Part shown: one piece after another, positions 53,947-64,000 of the stretch
Layout: every line of letters starts with the position of its first letter
Numbering within the stretch: the first letter of the stretch is position 1
Notes under the pieces: model-generated
Told to the model about the DNA's origin: nothing
The model's database searches: none
The model's input: only the letters and a program-made list of their open reading frames with translations
Origin: Pseudomonadota bacterium
GTDB lineage: Bacteria; Pseudomonadota; Gammaproteobacteria; Immundisolibacterales; Immundisolibacteraceae
Assembly (NCBI GenBank): GCA_049322795.1
Contig: JBMOQH010000024.1
Coordinates: 157,846 to 221,845 of the forward strand
Reading direction: 5' to 3'
DNA: 64,000 bases
Program-made: the position numbers and the translations under genes

Positions 53947-54857
53947 GCTCGCCGGCCCGCGGGCAGCGCGGCGTGGCCCTGCTGCTGGCGCTGCTGCTGA
54001 CCGCCGTGGTCACCGTGCTGGCGGTGGCGGTGGCCGGCAGCGAGAGCTTCGCGCTGCACCGCAGCGGCAATCTGCTGCGCCGCTCGGAGCTGGGCGAGTA
54101 TCTGACCGGCGCCGAGATGCTGGCCGCTGCCCGTCTGCGGCCGCTTCTGGCCAATGCGGAAGGGCCGACGCCGGTGCAGATCGACCTGCCGTGGGCCTTC
54201 GCGTTGCCTGGCCGCGGCACGCTGCGCGACGCGCAGGGTTGTTTCAACCTGAACGCGCTGTCGCCGCAGGCGGGCGACATTCAGCTTGCCGAGCAACGCT
54301 TCCGGCGCCTGCTGGACCTGCTCGACCTGTCGCCCGACATTGCCGATCAGTTGCTCGACTGGATCGACGAGGACAGCGAGCCGCGCTTTTCCGGTGCCGA
54401 GGACGACGCCTACAGCCGCCGCCGTCCGCCCATGCGTGCCGCCAACGCGCCGCTGGCCGACGTGTCCGAACTGCGCCTGTTGCCGGCCGTGGACGGCGAC
54501 GCCTACGCAGCGCTCGCGCCGCTGGTGTGCGCGTTGCCGCCCGACGCGGGCATCAACGTCAACAGCGCGCCGCCGCTGCTGCTGATGACCCTGGTCGACG
54601 GCCTGCGGCAGGGCGTGGCGCAGCAGCTCGTCGCGCGCGCCGCGGCGGCGCCGTTTGCGAGCGTGGACGCCTTTCTCGCCGATAGCGCCCTGAGCGGCAC
54701 CCTGGTCGACGCGAGCGGCCTGACCGTGCATTCGCAATGGTTCGTCCTGCGCGCCGAGGTGACGCTGGACGGCCTCACCCTGCAACGGGACAGTCTGCTT
54801 CAGGCTCACGATGGCCAGCTGCGCGTGCGCCGCCGTCACGACGAGAGGGTTGGTTGA
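53943..54857 (+). CDS. gspK: Minor pseudopilin K
   Basis: QRGVALLLALL, DAQGCFNLNAL, DWIDED, GAED..Y, ELRL, INVNSA. Confidence 0.92.
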   Translation: MSSPARGQRGVALLLALLLTAVVTVLAVAVAGSESFALHRSGNLLRRSELGEYLTGAEMLAAARLRPLLANAEGPTPVQIDLPWAFALPGRGTLRDAQGCFNLNALSPQAGDIQLAEQRFRRLLDLLDLSPDIADQLLDWIDEDSEPRFSGAEDDAYSRRRPPMRAANAPLADVSELRLLPAVDGDAYAALAPLVCALPPDAGINVNSAPPLLLMTLVDGLRQGVAQQLVARAAAAPFASVDAFLADSALSGTLVDASGLTVHSQWFVLRAEVTLDGLTLQRDSLLQAHDGQLRVRRRHDERVG

Positions 54858-55999
54858 TGACCGCAACGGCGGTGCGCTGGGACGGCGCCGACGCCTGGCA
54901 ATGGCGCGAAGGCGGGATGCTGCGCCACGGCGACACCTCGGCGCTGGCGTTGGCGCTCGGCGCCACGCCGCTCGCGGTGCTCCTGGCCGCGCCGCAGGCC
55001 TGGGTGGGAGCGCAGGTGCTGCCGCGCCTGTCCGGCCGGCGGCTCGCGCAGGCGGCGGCATACGCCATCGAGGATCACCTGGCGGGCGACATCGACGCCA
55101 TGCAGATCGCGGTCGGGCAGCGCGGCGCCGGCGGCCTGACCGAATTCGCCGTGATGGAGCGCGCGGCGCTTGCCGATGCGCTCGCGCGCCTGCGCGAGGC
55201 GGGGCTGAACGTCGCCAGCCTCACGCCGCTCTCCGCCCTGTTGCCGGTCGGGGCCGCGACCGTGCTGGCGGAACCCGACTGGCTCACCGTGCGTCTGGGT
55301 GGCGAGGCCAGCCTGTGCGGGCCGCCGGCGGACGTACTGCCGCTGCTCGCGGCGTTGGCCCCGGCCGGGCTCGTCTGGCGGCAGCTGCCGGGCGGGCCGC
55401 CGCCGCCCGCCGGTGTCCCGGTCGAGCCGCAGCAGGTACCGGCCGACGAAGTGCTGCGTCTTGCAGAGCAGGGCGTCGCAATCGACTTGCTGCAGGGTGA
55501 TTTCGCGCCCCCGCGCCCGGCCGGCGACCGGCGGCGCTGGCTGCCCGCAGGCGTGGCCGCGGCGTTGTGGCTGGCGCTGCTGCTGGCGGGTGGCTTGCTC
55601 GAAGGGCATCGCCTCGGGCAGCAGAATGCGGCGCTTCAGGAGGCCGTGAACGCCGAGTTCATGCGTCTTTTCCCGGAGGAAGGCCGCCCGGTCAGCCTGC
55701 GTGCACAGGCGCAGCGCCGCCTGGCCCTGCTCGAACGCAGCGCGCGCGGCGGCGGCGCCGTGCTGCCGTTGCTCACCGTCGCCGCAGTCGCGCTGCCGCC
55801 GGGTCAGACGCTCGATGCATTCGACTACGCCGCCGGCCGCCTCACGCTCGACCTGTCCCTGCCCGACCTGCCAGCCGTCGAGGCGCTGCGCACGGCGCTC
55901 GCCGATCAGCCCGGCGTGCGGGCCGAACTGCCGGCCGCGGTGGCGCAGGGCGGCGCAGTGCGCACGCGGCTGGTGTTGCAGTCGGTGGCGCCGCGATGA
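54857..55999 (+). CDS. gspL: Type II secretion protein L
   Basis: Position after gspK; AYAIEDHLAGDI, IDLLQGDFAP, TM segment, F..LFP. Confidence 0.85.
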   Translation: MTATAVRWDGADAWQWREGGMLRHGDTSALALALGATPLAVLLAAPQAWVGAQVLPRLSGRRLAQAAAYAIEDHLAGDIDAMQIAVGQRGAGGLTEFAVMERAALADALARLREAGLNVASLTPLSALLPVGAATVLAEPDWLTVRLGGEASLCGPPADVLPLLAALAPAGLVWRQLPGGPPPPAGVPVEPQQVPADEVLRLAEQGVAIDLLQGDFAPPRPAGDRRRWLPAGVAAALWLALLLAGGLLEGHRLGQQNAALQEAVNAEFMRLFPEEGRPVSLRAQAQRRLALLERSARGGGAVLPLLTVAAVALPPGQTLDAFDYAAGRLTLDLSLPDLPAVEALRTALADQPGVRAELPAAVAQGGAVRTRLVLQSVAPR

Positions 56000-56487
56000 G
56001 TGCCTGGAGCGACGCCAAGGCCGCATGGGGCCAGCGCTCGGCGCGGGAGCGGCGTCTGCTGCTGCTCGCCGCCGGGGCGCTGATCGCCCTGCTGGGCTAC
56101 GGTCTGCTGTGGTCGCCCTGGCAGGCGGCGCGCGCCCGGCTGGCGGCGGACAACGCCCGCCTGTCGGCTGATCTCGCATGGCTGCAGGGCCTCGCGCCGC
56201 AGGTCGAGGCCCTGCGGACCGAACAGGGCGGCGGCGCGGCGGCCGACGGCGCCCTGCCGGTGCGGCTCGATGCCAGCCTGCGCGCGGCTGGGCTTGGCGA
56301 GCAGTTGCAGCGCCTCGAGCCTGCCGCCGACGGCAGCGTGCGGCTGTGGCTGAACGACGTGTCCTTCGACGCGCTGGTCGGCTGGCTCGGCACGCTGGCC
56401 GCGCAGGGCACGACCATCGACGCCCTCGGCGCCACGCCATCGGGCAAACCGGGTCAGGTCAACGCGCACCTCACGGCGCGCGAGTGA
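55996..56487 (+). CDS. gspM: Type II secretion protein M
   Basis: W.QRSARERRLL, TM segment, VRLWLNDVSFD.LV.WL..L. Confidence 0.85.
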   Translation: MSAWSDAKAAWGQRSARERRLLLLAAGALIALLGYGLLWSPWQAARARLAADNARLSADLAWLQGLAPQVEALRTEQGGGAAADGALPVRLDASLRAAGLGEQLQRLEPAADGSVRLWLNDVSFDALVGWLGTLAAQGTTIDALGATPSGKPGQVNAHLTARE

Positions 56488-56664
56488 CGTGCGGCACGGT
56501 CCGCTCTGGCGTTGTTTTGCTTATTCGAGGTGGCGGCTTTGCTCGCCCAAGGCACGGTCCTTCTTGTCGGCGTCGCGTCGGTTGCATGCCAGAAAACAGC
56601 TATGGTTCAATCCAGCGCAATCCGACCCTAATCCGTTTCAACAATACCAACGAGGTGTTCAGCC

Positions 56665-57126
56665 ATGGCGGCCACTCTTTCCGGCGCGGTAAGTAACCTG
56701 CAGTTTTCCTCGGAAACGTCGGGTCAGATTCAAGGGTCCCATGGCCGTGTGTCCGGCAGCATGCATACAAAGCAGGTTGTGACCTTCCGCGTTGATGGCA
56801 AGCCGGCGCAGATCAAGCTTCTGGGGCAGCCTAGCCTGAATGACGGGGACGTCGTCGTTCTTTCCGGAAAGGAAAAGAACGGTACATTTCACGCCCGCGC
56901 CATGCGGAATGAAACCACTGGGGCAATCGATCATCGTCCGGCGACGCCCAGCCTTGTATTGGGCGGGCTGTTCGTGCTGATTGGACTGCCCTTGTCGATG
57001 ATTATCGTCGGCTTGCCGTTCGTCGCCCTGGGCGCCTACAACATCTACGACGGTTTGCAAACTCGCAAGGCTATCGAGGCTGCCCGGGTTGCCCCAAAGG
57101 CGATCCGGGCGCCTGCTGCCGCCTGA
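56665..57126 (+). CDS. Hypothetical membrane protein (beta-rich N-terminus, C-terminal TM hairpin)
   Basis: GAGG RBS; lower-GC codon usage; LVLGGLFVLIGLPLSMIIVGLPFVALGAY. Confidence 0.75.
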   Translation: MAATLSGAVSNLQFSSETSGQIQGSHGRVSGSMHTKQVVTFRVDGKPAQIKLLGQPSLNDGDVVVLSGKEKNGTFHARAMRNETTGAIDHRPATPSLVLGGLFVLIGLPLSMIIVGLPFVALGAYNIYDGLQTRKAIEAARVAPKAIRAPAAA

Positions 57127-57144
57127 CGCTTCGTTCAGGACGAG

Positions 57145-57174
57145 GCGGGCCTTGTGATTTATCGCAAGGCCCGC
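57145..57174. terminator. 14-bp hairpin between convergent orphans
   Basis: GCGGGCCTTGTGAT-TT-ATCGCAAGGCCCGC (one G:T pair); no U-tract. Confidence 0.4.
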
Positions 57175-57335
57175 AACGAGGGGCATGGCTACGCACTATG
57201 ACCGCGTCGCCAAGGCATTGCGGGCGGTACTTCGGGTCGTGTCAGATGCCTGTGCCAGCAAATTACGACACGGCAATCGGGTGTTGATGGAGCGTCCTTG
57301 CCGGCTTTGGGCTTGGTTTTTTTCGTTACGGTCAC

Positions 57336-57839
57336 TCATCGCGGCGGCGAGCAGGGCTTGCCGTCGTACTCGAAACGATTCAGCGCGTACTGTTTGCCAT
57401 CCCAGCGCTCTACCGGGCCGCAGAATCCCGGCCCGCCGACCAGCAGGTCAGGCCAGCCGTCGGCACCGCGGGCGTCAAGAAACTCCGGGACGCCGGAACC
57501 TCGGGACATCAATCGCCACTCGCCCGACCCCAGCTTGCTGATGACCGCATATCCGACGCCCGAAAAGCCATAGCAGAAAGAGCTCTCTTCGACGATGACG
57601 GCATCGGGCAGGCCGTCCCCGTTCACGTCGGCCACCGTCTCGATGCGGGCACCGATTGTGTTGGGGTCGTCCGCGCACAGGGTCCACATGTCCTTCGTCC
57701 GCGTGGCGCCTGCCGCTGTGAATGCCGCGGTTTGATCCGCGTCGGTCAAGGCCGGAGCCGCGGCATCGGCCGCAGCGTAAGCAACAGGCGCCATCAGCAT
57801 CGTCAGCAGGATCCAGGGGGAGCGGGGGTGCGTCGGCAT
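57336..57839 (-). CDS. Hypothetical exported protein with DxNGDG Ca-binding-like loop and Cys pairs
   Basis: Signal peptide ending VAYA; ADVNGDGLPDAVI; FCYG, FCGP, KPC. Confidence 0.75.
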   Translation of the reverse strand: MPTHPRSPWILLTMLMAPVAYAAADAAAPALTDADQTAAFTAAGATRTKDMWTLCADDPNTIGARIETVADVNGDGLPDAVIVEESSFCYGFSGVGYAVISKLGSGEWRLMSRGSGVPEFLDARGADGWPDLLVGGPGFCGPVERWDGKQYALNRFEYDGKPCSPPR

Positions 57840-58129
57840 GGGAATTACCACGGGTGGTGACGAACGGTGGGCGTGTGACGAGTGTAGCGAAGCGGGTTGA
57901 CGCACAAGCGCGGTGAAGCGCGTGCTCCGCACGCGTCATCCAGGGCGGCATGTCCCGTGGTGACCGAGCACCGCAGGCGTTGTGCCGTCGAGCGCATCGC
58001 CGGGGTCCGCTGCGCTGCGGCGAGCCGGGCAATCCAACCAAGCGACGCTTTCGACGTCCCCTGGAGCCGATGCGCTGGCAGGACCTGCGGCCCCGGGGAT
58101 GATTCCAGTCAGAGGAAGGTGTGGCCGCG

Positions 58130-58158
58130 CTTGAACGCGACGGCCCGGCGCCCCACCT
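58130..58158 (+). promoter_or_regulatory. Sigma32 heat-shock promoter of clpB
   Basis: CTTGAA-N15-CCCCACCT versus consensus CTTGAA-N13-17-CCCCATNT. Confidence 0.75.
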
Positions 58159-58203
58159 TGGGCGCAACAGGCGCGATGGCCGCGCCGGACCGGAGACTCA
58201 TCG

Positions 58204-60783
<2,580 letters not shown>

Positions 60784-60901
60784 GGCCGGCGCCCGATGGG
60801 TCCTGGAACGGGCTGTTAAGCTGGCCGAGCCGCTGCAGGAGCGGCAGCGTTGCCCGGGAGGGGTGGCGTGCATGGTTCAACGCACACCAAGGAGTCAGGA
60901 A

Positions 60902-61126
60902 ATGACGAAGAAATCGCTGATCGTACTGTCCGCCGTGGCCTGCTTTGCGCTGGCCGGTTGCGGCGAGAAAGGGCCGGCCGAGAAGGCCGGCGAGCAGATC
61001 GACAAGGCCGTGGAGCAGACCAAGGACGCGGTCCAGGACGCGGGTCAGCAGGGTCCGGCCGAGAAGGCGGGCGAGGCCATCGACGAAAAGACCGACGAGA
61101 TGAAGGAAGACGCCGGTCAGGAATAA
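60902..61126 (+). CDS. Small acidic lipoprotein with internal repeat
   Basis: FALAGC lipobox; GPAEKAGE twice; AGGAG RBS. Confidence 0.85.
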   Translation: MTKKSLIVLSAVACFALAGCGEKGPAEKAGEQIDKAVEQTKDAVQDAGQQGPAEKAGEAIDEKTDEMKEDAGQE

Positions 61127-61180
61127 ACCTTGCCGCGCCGCCGGCATGACGCGGCGGTACAGCGGTTGACAGTCAGTTGC

Positions 61181-61227
61181 CAGGCCCGGGTCGTCGATGC
61201 GGATCGACGGCCCGGGCCTGTCGTTTT
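61181..61227 (+). terminator. Long hairpin followed by TCGTTTT
   Basis: CAGGCCCGGGTCGTCGAT-GCGG-ATCGACGGCCCGGGCCTG, 18-bp stem with one T:G pair. Confidence 0.6.
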
Positions 61228-61252
61228 GGGGGGGCGCGGTTTGGGCTGACCG

Positions 61253-61609
61253 TCAGGCGTCCTGCGCGAACTCGAGTGGCCCGGACCAGATCGCCAGCAC
61301 CAGGCATCCCTCGTCGCTGACGATGGCGTGCCGGCTGCCGGGCGGGCTGACCAGCAGCGTGCCGGCCGGGTAGTGGCCGTTGTCGTCGCTCTGCGCCCCC
61401 TGCAGCACCAGAATGTGCTCGTAGTCCGTGTGCCGGTGCGCCGGCACGCGCGCGCCCGGCGCATAGCGCAGCAGCGCGGCCGCCGGTCCATGCCCGGGTT
61501 CCCCATAGAGCGCGTGGAACTCCACGCCCGGCCGTAGCGGCTGCCAGTCCAGTCGTTCGGGTGCCGCGGCGCGCTGCAGCAGTTCGGCAAAGGTCTGCGA
61601 CTGATCCAT
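61253..61609 (-). CDS. ChrR-like cupin domain protein
   Basis: AALLRYAPGA.VP.H.H..YE.I.VL.G...D..G.YPAG...P.GS.H; start overlaps biuH stop. Confidence 0.85.
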   Translation of the reverse strand: MDQSQTFAELLQRAAAPERLDWQPLRPGVEFHALYGEPGHGPAAALLRYAPGARVPAHRHTDYEHILVLQGAQSDDNGHYPAGTLLVSPPGSRHAIVSDEGCLVLAIWSGPLEFAQDA

Positions 61610-62295
61610 CAGGCCGCCACGGCGGCGAGCAACGCCGCCGATTCGGCCACCGCCCCGAACACCCCACCCTGCATGGTGACCATCTTCAGCGCCGCCAGGT
61701 GATTGCCCTGATCCGTGGCGCCGCAGCAGTCGGCCAGGATCAGGCACTCGAAGCCGCGGTCGTTGGCCTCGCGCATGGTGGTGTGCACGCACACGTCGGT
61801 GGTGATGCCGGTCAGCACCAGGTTGCGGACGCCGCGGGTGTGCAGCAGCAGTTCGAGATCGGTGGCGCAGAAGCTGCCCTTGCCCGGCTTGTCGATGATG
61901 GGCTCGCCGGGCAGCGGGGCGAGTTCCGGGATGATCTCCCAGCCCGGCTCGCCGCGCACCAGGATCTTGCCGCACGGGCCGGCATCGCCGATGCCGGCGC
62001 CGATGCGCCGCGAGCGCCAGCGCTTGTTGGCCGGCAGGTCCGAGAGGTCCGGCCGGTGCCCCTCGCGGGTGTGGATGACGTGGTAGCCGCCGGCGCGAAA
62101 CGCCGCCAGCAGGGTGCGGATCGGCTCGATCGGCGCGCGCGTGAGCGAGATGTCGTAGCCCATGGCGTCGACGTAGCCGCCCGGCCCGCAGAAGTCGGTC
62201 TGCATGTCGATGATGATGAGCGCCGTGTTGCCGGGCCGCAGGTCGCCGTCGTAGGGCCAGGGGTAGGGGTTGGCGTCGAGGTGGACGGGCGTCAT
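61609..62295 (-). CDS. biuH: Biuret hydrolase (isochorismatase-like cysteine hydrolase)
   Basis: [72 protein letters not shown] (D/K/C triad), MQGGVFG, matching Rhizobium BiuH as recalled. Confidence 0.88.
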   Translation of the reverse strand: MTPVHLDANPYPWPYDGDLRPGNTALIIIDMQTDFCGPGGYVDAMGYDISLTRAPIEPIRTLLAAFRAGGYHVIHTREGHRPDLSDLPANKRWRSRRIGAGIGDAGPCGKILVRGEPGWEIIPELAPLPGEPIIDKPGKGSFCATDLELLLHTRGVRNLVLTGITTDVCVHTTMREANDRGFECLILADCCGATDQGNHLAALKMVTMQGGVFGAVAESAALLAAVAA

Positions 62296-62338
62296 GACGG
62301 GCTCCGGGCGGATAGGGTGTGCCGCCACAGCCGACGGC

Positions 62339-62356
62339 ATGCAAGGATCGTGCAGA
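62339..62356 (-). promoter_or_regulatory. Imperfect sigma54-like promoter upstream of biuH
   Basis: Minus strand TCTGCACGATCCTTGCAT; spacing and -12 correct, but -24 GG reads TG. Confidence 0.35.
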
Positions 62357-62362
62357 GGAACC

Positions 62363-64000
62363 TTAGCGAGCCGCCAGCCAGGCACGCCAGCCGCCGTGGG
62401 CGGTGATGTCCTGGGCGCCGGCGAGTGCGGCCGGCTCGCACAGAAAGCCTTTCACCGTGCGGCCGTCGGCGAGTTCGAGGGTGCCGATGGCGAGCGGTGC
62501 CGGCACGCCGGCGAGAAAGCCGCCGACCTCGGCCAGCGGCACCCGCCAGACCTCGACCTCGATGGTGCCGCCGCCGGGGTCGCGCACCAGGCCGGGGCGC
62601 GGCGGATTGAAACCGGCCAGTGCATACAGCCGGTAGCCGGGCGCGGTGTGGGTGCGCTCGATCAGGCGCGCGCCGCGGGTGGTGAGTTCGTGGTTAAGCG
62701 GCAGGCCCTGCATGTGGCCGCCGCACACGGCGAGGTCGAGTGTCTCGGCGGACCCGCCGGCATCGAACGGCGGCGTGTGCGCGAGCGGCAACCCCGCGGC
62801 CCCGACGGTGATGTTAAGCGCCCGGTGCAGACGGTCGGCCAGCGCCAGCAGCGCCCGGTCGTGCCCGGCCGGCGCCTGCAGGGTGACGCCAAGCGGCAGG
62901 CCCGACGGCAGAAAGCCAGACGGCACCGCCACGGCGCACAGGTCGAGCAGGTTCATGTGGTTGGTGTAATGGCCCAGCCGCGTGTTGAGCGCGATGGGAT
63001 CGGCCAGCACGGCGGCCCGCGTGTACGGGCGCGGAAGGGTGGGCGTGAGCAGGCAATCGAGGTCCCGCCACAGGGGCTCGATGGCGCGGCGCAGCGCGCG
63101 CAGGCGATAGTCCGCGGCGAACACGTCGGCGGCGGTGTAGCGGTCGGCGCCGGTGATGATCTCGCGCACCACCGGCAGTACCGCGTCCGGCCGCCGGTCC
63201 AGAAAATCGCCGACGGCGAGCCGGCGCTCGATCAGCCAGGGCCCCTCATAGAGCAGGCGGGCGGCTTCCAGGAAGGGCGCGTAGTCCACGGTCACGGCGG
63301 TGCCGCCGTGCCGTTCCAGCGCTGCGACGGTGCGTGCGAAGGCTGCTGCGCCCGCGTCGTCGCCGTCAAAATCGAGCTGCTCCGGGCGCGGCACGCCGAA
63401 GCGAAAGCCCGGCCCCGGCGCCGGCACGGTGGGCCAGGCGGCACGCGAAAACGGATCCTTGGCGTCGAAACCGGCGATCACGTCGAGCACCGCCGCCGCG
63501 TCGGCGCTGGTAAGCGCGAATACCGATACGCAGTCGAGCGAGCGACAGGCCGGCAGCACGCCGCGGCTGCTGATCAGGCCCCGACTGGGTTTGAGGCCGA
63601 TCAGGTTGCCGAGCGCTGCCGGCACCCGGCCGGAGCCGGCGGTGTCGGTGCCGAGCGCGAAACTCACCAGCCCGTGCGCCAGCGCCAGCCCCGAGCCGGA
63701 ACTGGACCCGCCGCAGATGTAGGCCGGATCAAACGCGTTGGCCGGCGCGCCGTGGGGGGTGCGGGTGCCGGACAGGCCGGTCGCGAACTGGTCCATGTTG
63801 GTCTTGCCGACCAGCAGCGCGCCGGCGTCGAGCAGGCGCTGCACGGCGGGCGCCGTCTGCGCCGGCACGTAGGCGAACTCGGGGCAGGCGGCGGTGGTCG
63901 GCAGGCCCGCAACGTCGAGGTTGTCCTTGACCGCGAAGGGCACGCCGTACAGCGGGCCACGCGCGGCGGCCGGCAGGGCATCGAGCGCCGCGGCCCGGGC
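62363..64000 (-). CDS. atzF: Allophanate hydrolase (5'-truncated by window edge)
   Basis: [37 protein letters not shown]; C-terminal domain AVCG.HM.GLPLN...[20 protein letters not shown]. Confidence 0.95.
   Translation of the reverse strand, partial: ARAAALDALPAAARGPLYGVPFAVKDNLDVAGLPTTAACPEFAYVPAQTAPAVQRLLDAGALLVGKTNMDQFATGLSGTRTPHGAPANAFDPAYICGGSSSGSGLALAHGLVSFALGTDTAGSGRVPAALGNLIGLKPSRGLISSRGVLPACRSLDCVSVFALTSADAAAVLDVIAGFDAKDPFSRAAWPTVPAPGPGFRFGVPRPEQLDFDGDDAGAAAFARTVAALERHGGTAVTVDYAPFLEAARLLYEGPWLIERRLAVGDFLDRRPDAVLPVVREIITGADRYTAADVFAADYRLRALRRAIEPLWRDLDCLLTPTLPRPYTRAAVLADPIALNTRLGHYTNHMNLLDLCAVAVPSGFLPSGLPLGVTLQAPAGHDRALLALADRLHRALNITVGAAGLPLAHTPPFDAGGSAETLDLAVCGGHMQGLPLNHELTTRGARLIERTHTAPGYRLYALAGFNPPRPGLVRDPGGGTIEVEVWRVPLAEVGGFLAGVPAPLAIGTLELADGRTVKGFLCEPAALAGAQDITAHGGWRAWLAAR

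Noticed and set aside
56506-56521. Sigma54 promoter TGGCGTTGTTTTGC before the 56665 orphan
   Set aside because: GG-to-GC spacing is 9 nt rather than the required 10.

Overview
High-GC proteobacterial chromosome window, most consistent with a Gammaproteobacterium. The mutS-fdxA order, gspC-M and ETF/ETF-QO point that way; several Rieske ring-hydroxylating oxygenases suggest an aromatic degrader. Contents in order: 3' part of mutS; REP-like tandem repeat; 7Fe ferredoxin; ketopantoate reductase; a GntR-linked aromatic catabolic operon (luciferase-like and HpaB-like monooxygenases, meta-cleavage hydrolase, MhpB-like dioxygenase, Rieske alpha/beta); Hsp20; a PEP-CTERM gene with a sigma54 promoter and two enhancer-like boxes; a mosaic island at about 12.9-17.0 kb; metH; a CarH-type B12 photoreceptor divergent from crtY-crtE-crtI-crtB-DUF2141-crtT-crtU-crtV-dxs; a second Rieske alpha/beta pair; SCO; hemW-dinG-tsaB; ispH; an AEC transporter; a FadN-like enzyme; ETF-QO/etfBA; a T2SS operon; two orphans; clpB; a small lipoprotein; and a biuret/allophanate hydrolase cluster running off the end. 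The island holds a RAYT with GTAG REPs, a lower-GC ChaC-like gene with a decayed attC, and an IS30 that splits a perfect palindrome. The two strongest leads are (1) a predicted light-regulated aryl-carotenoid (isorenieratene-type) operon with actinobacterial-type crtT/U/V, and (2) cassette-like cargo bracketed by perfect 20-bp REP-tail inverted repeats next to a RAYT. No tRNA, rRNA or CRISPR array was found. All calls come from manual motif recognition; no searches were run, and several starts were moved from the ORF track to coupled or RBS-supported codons.
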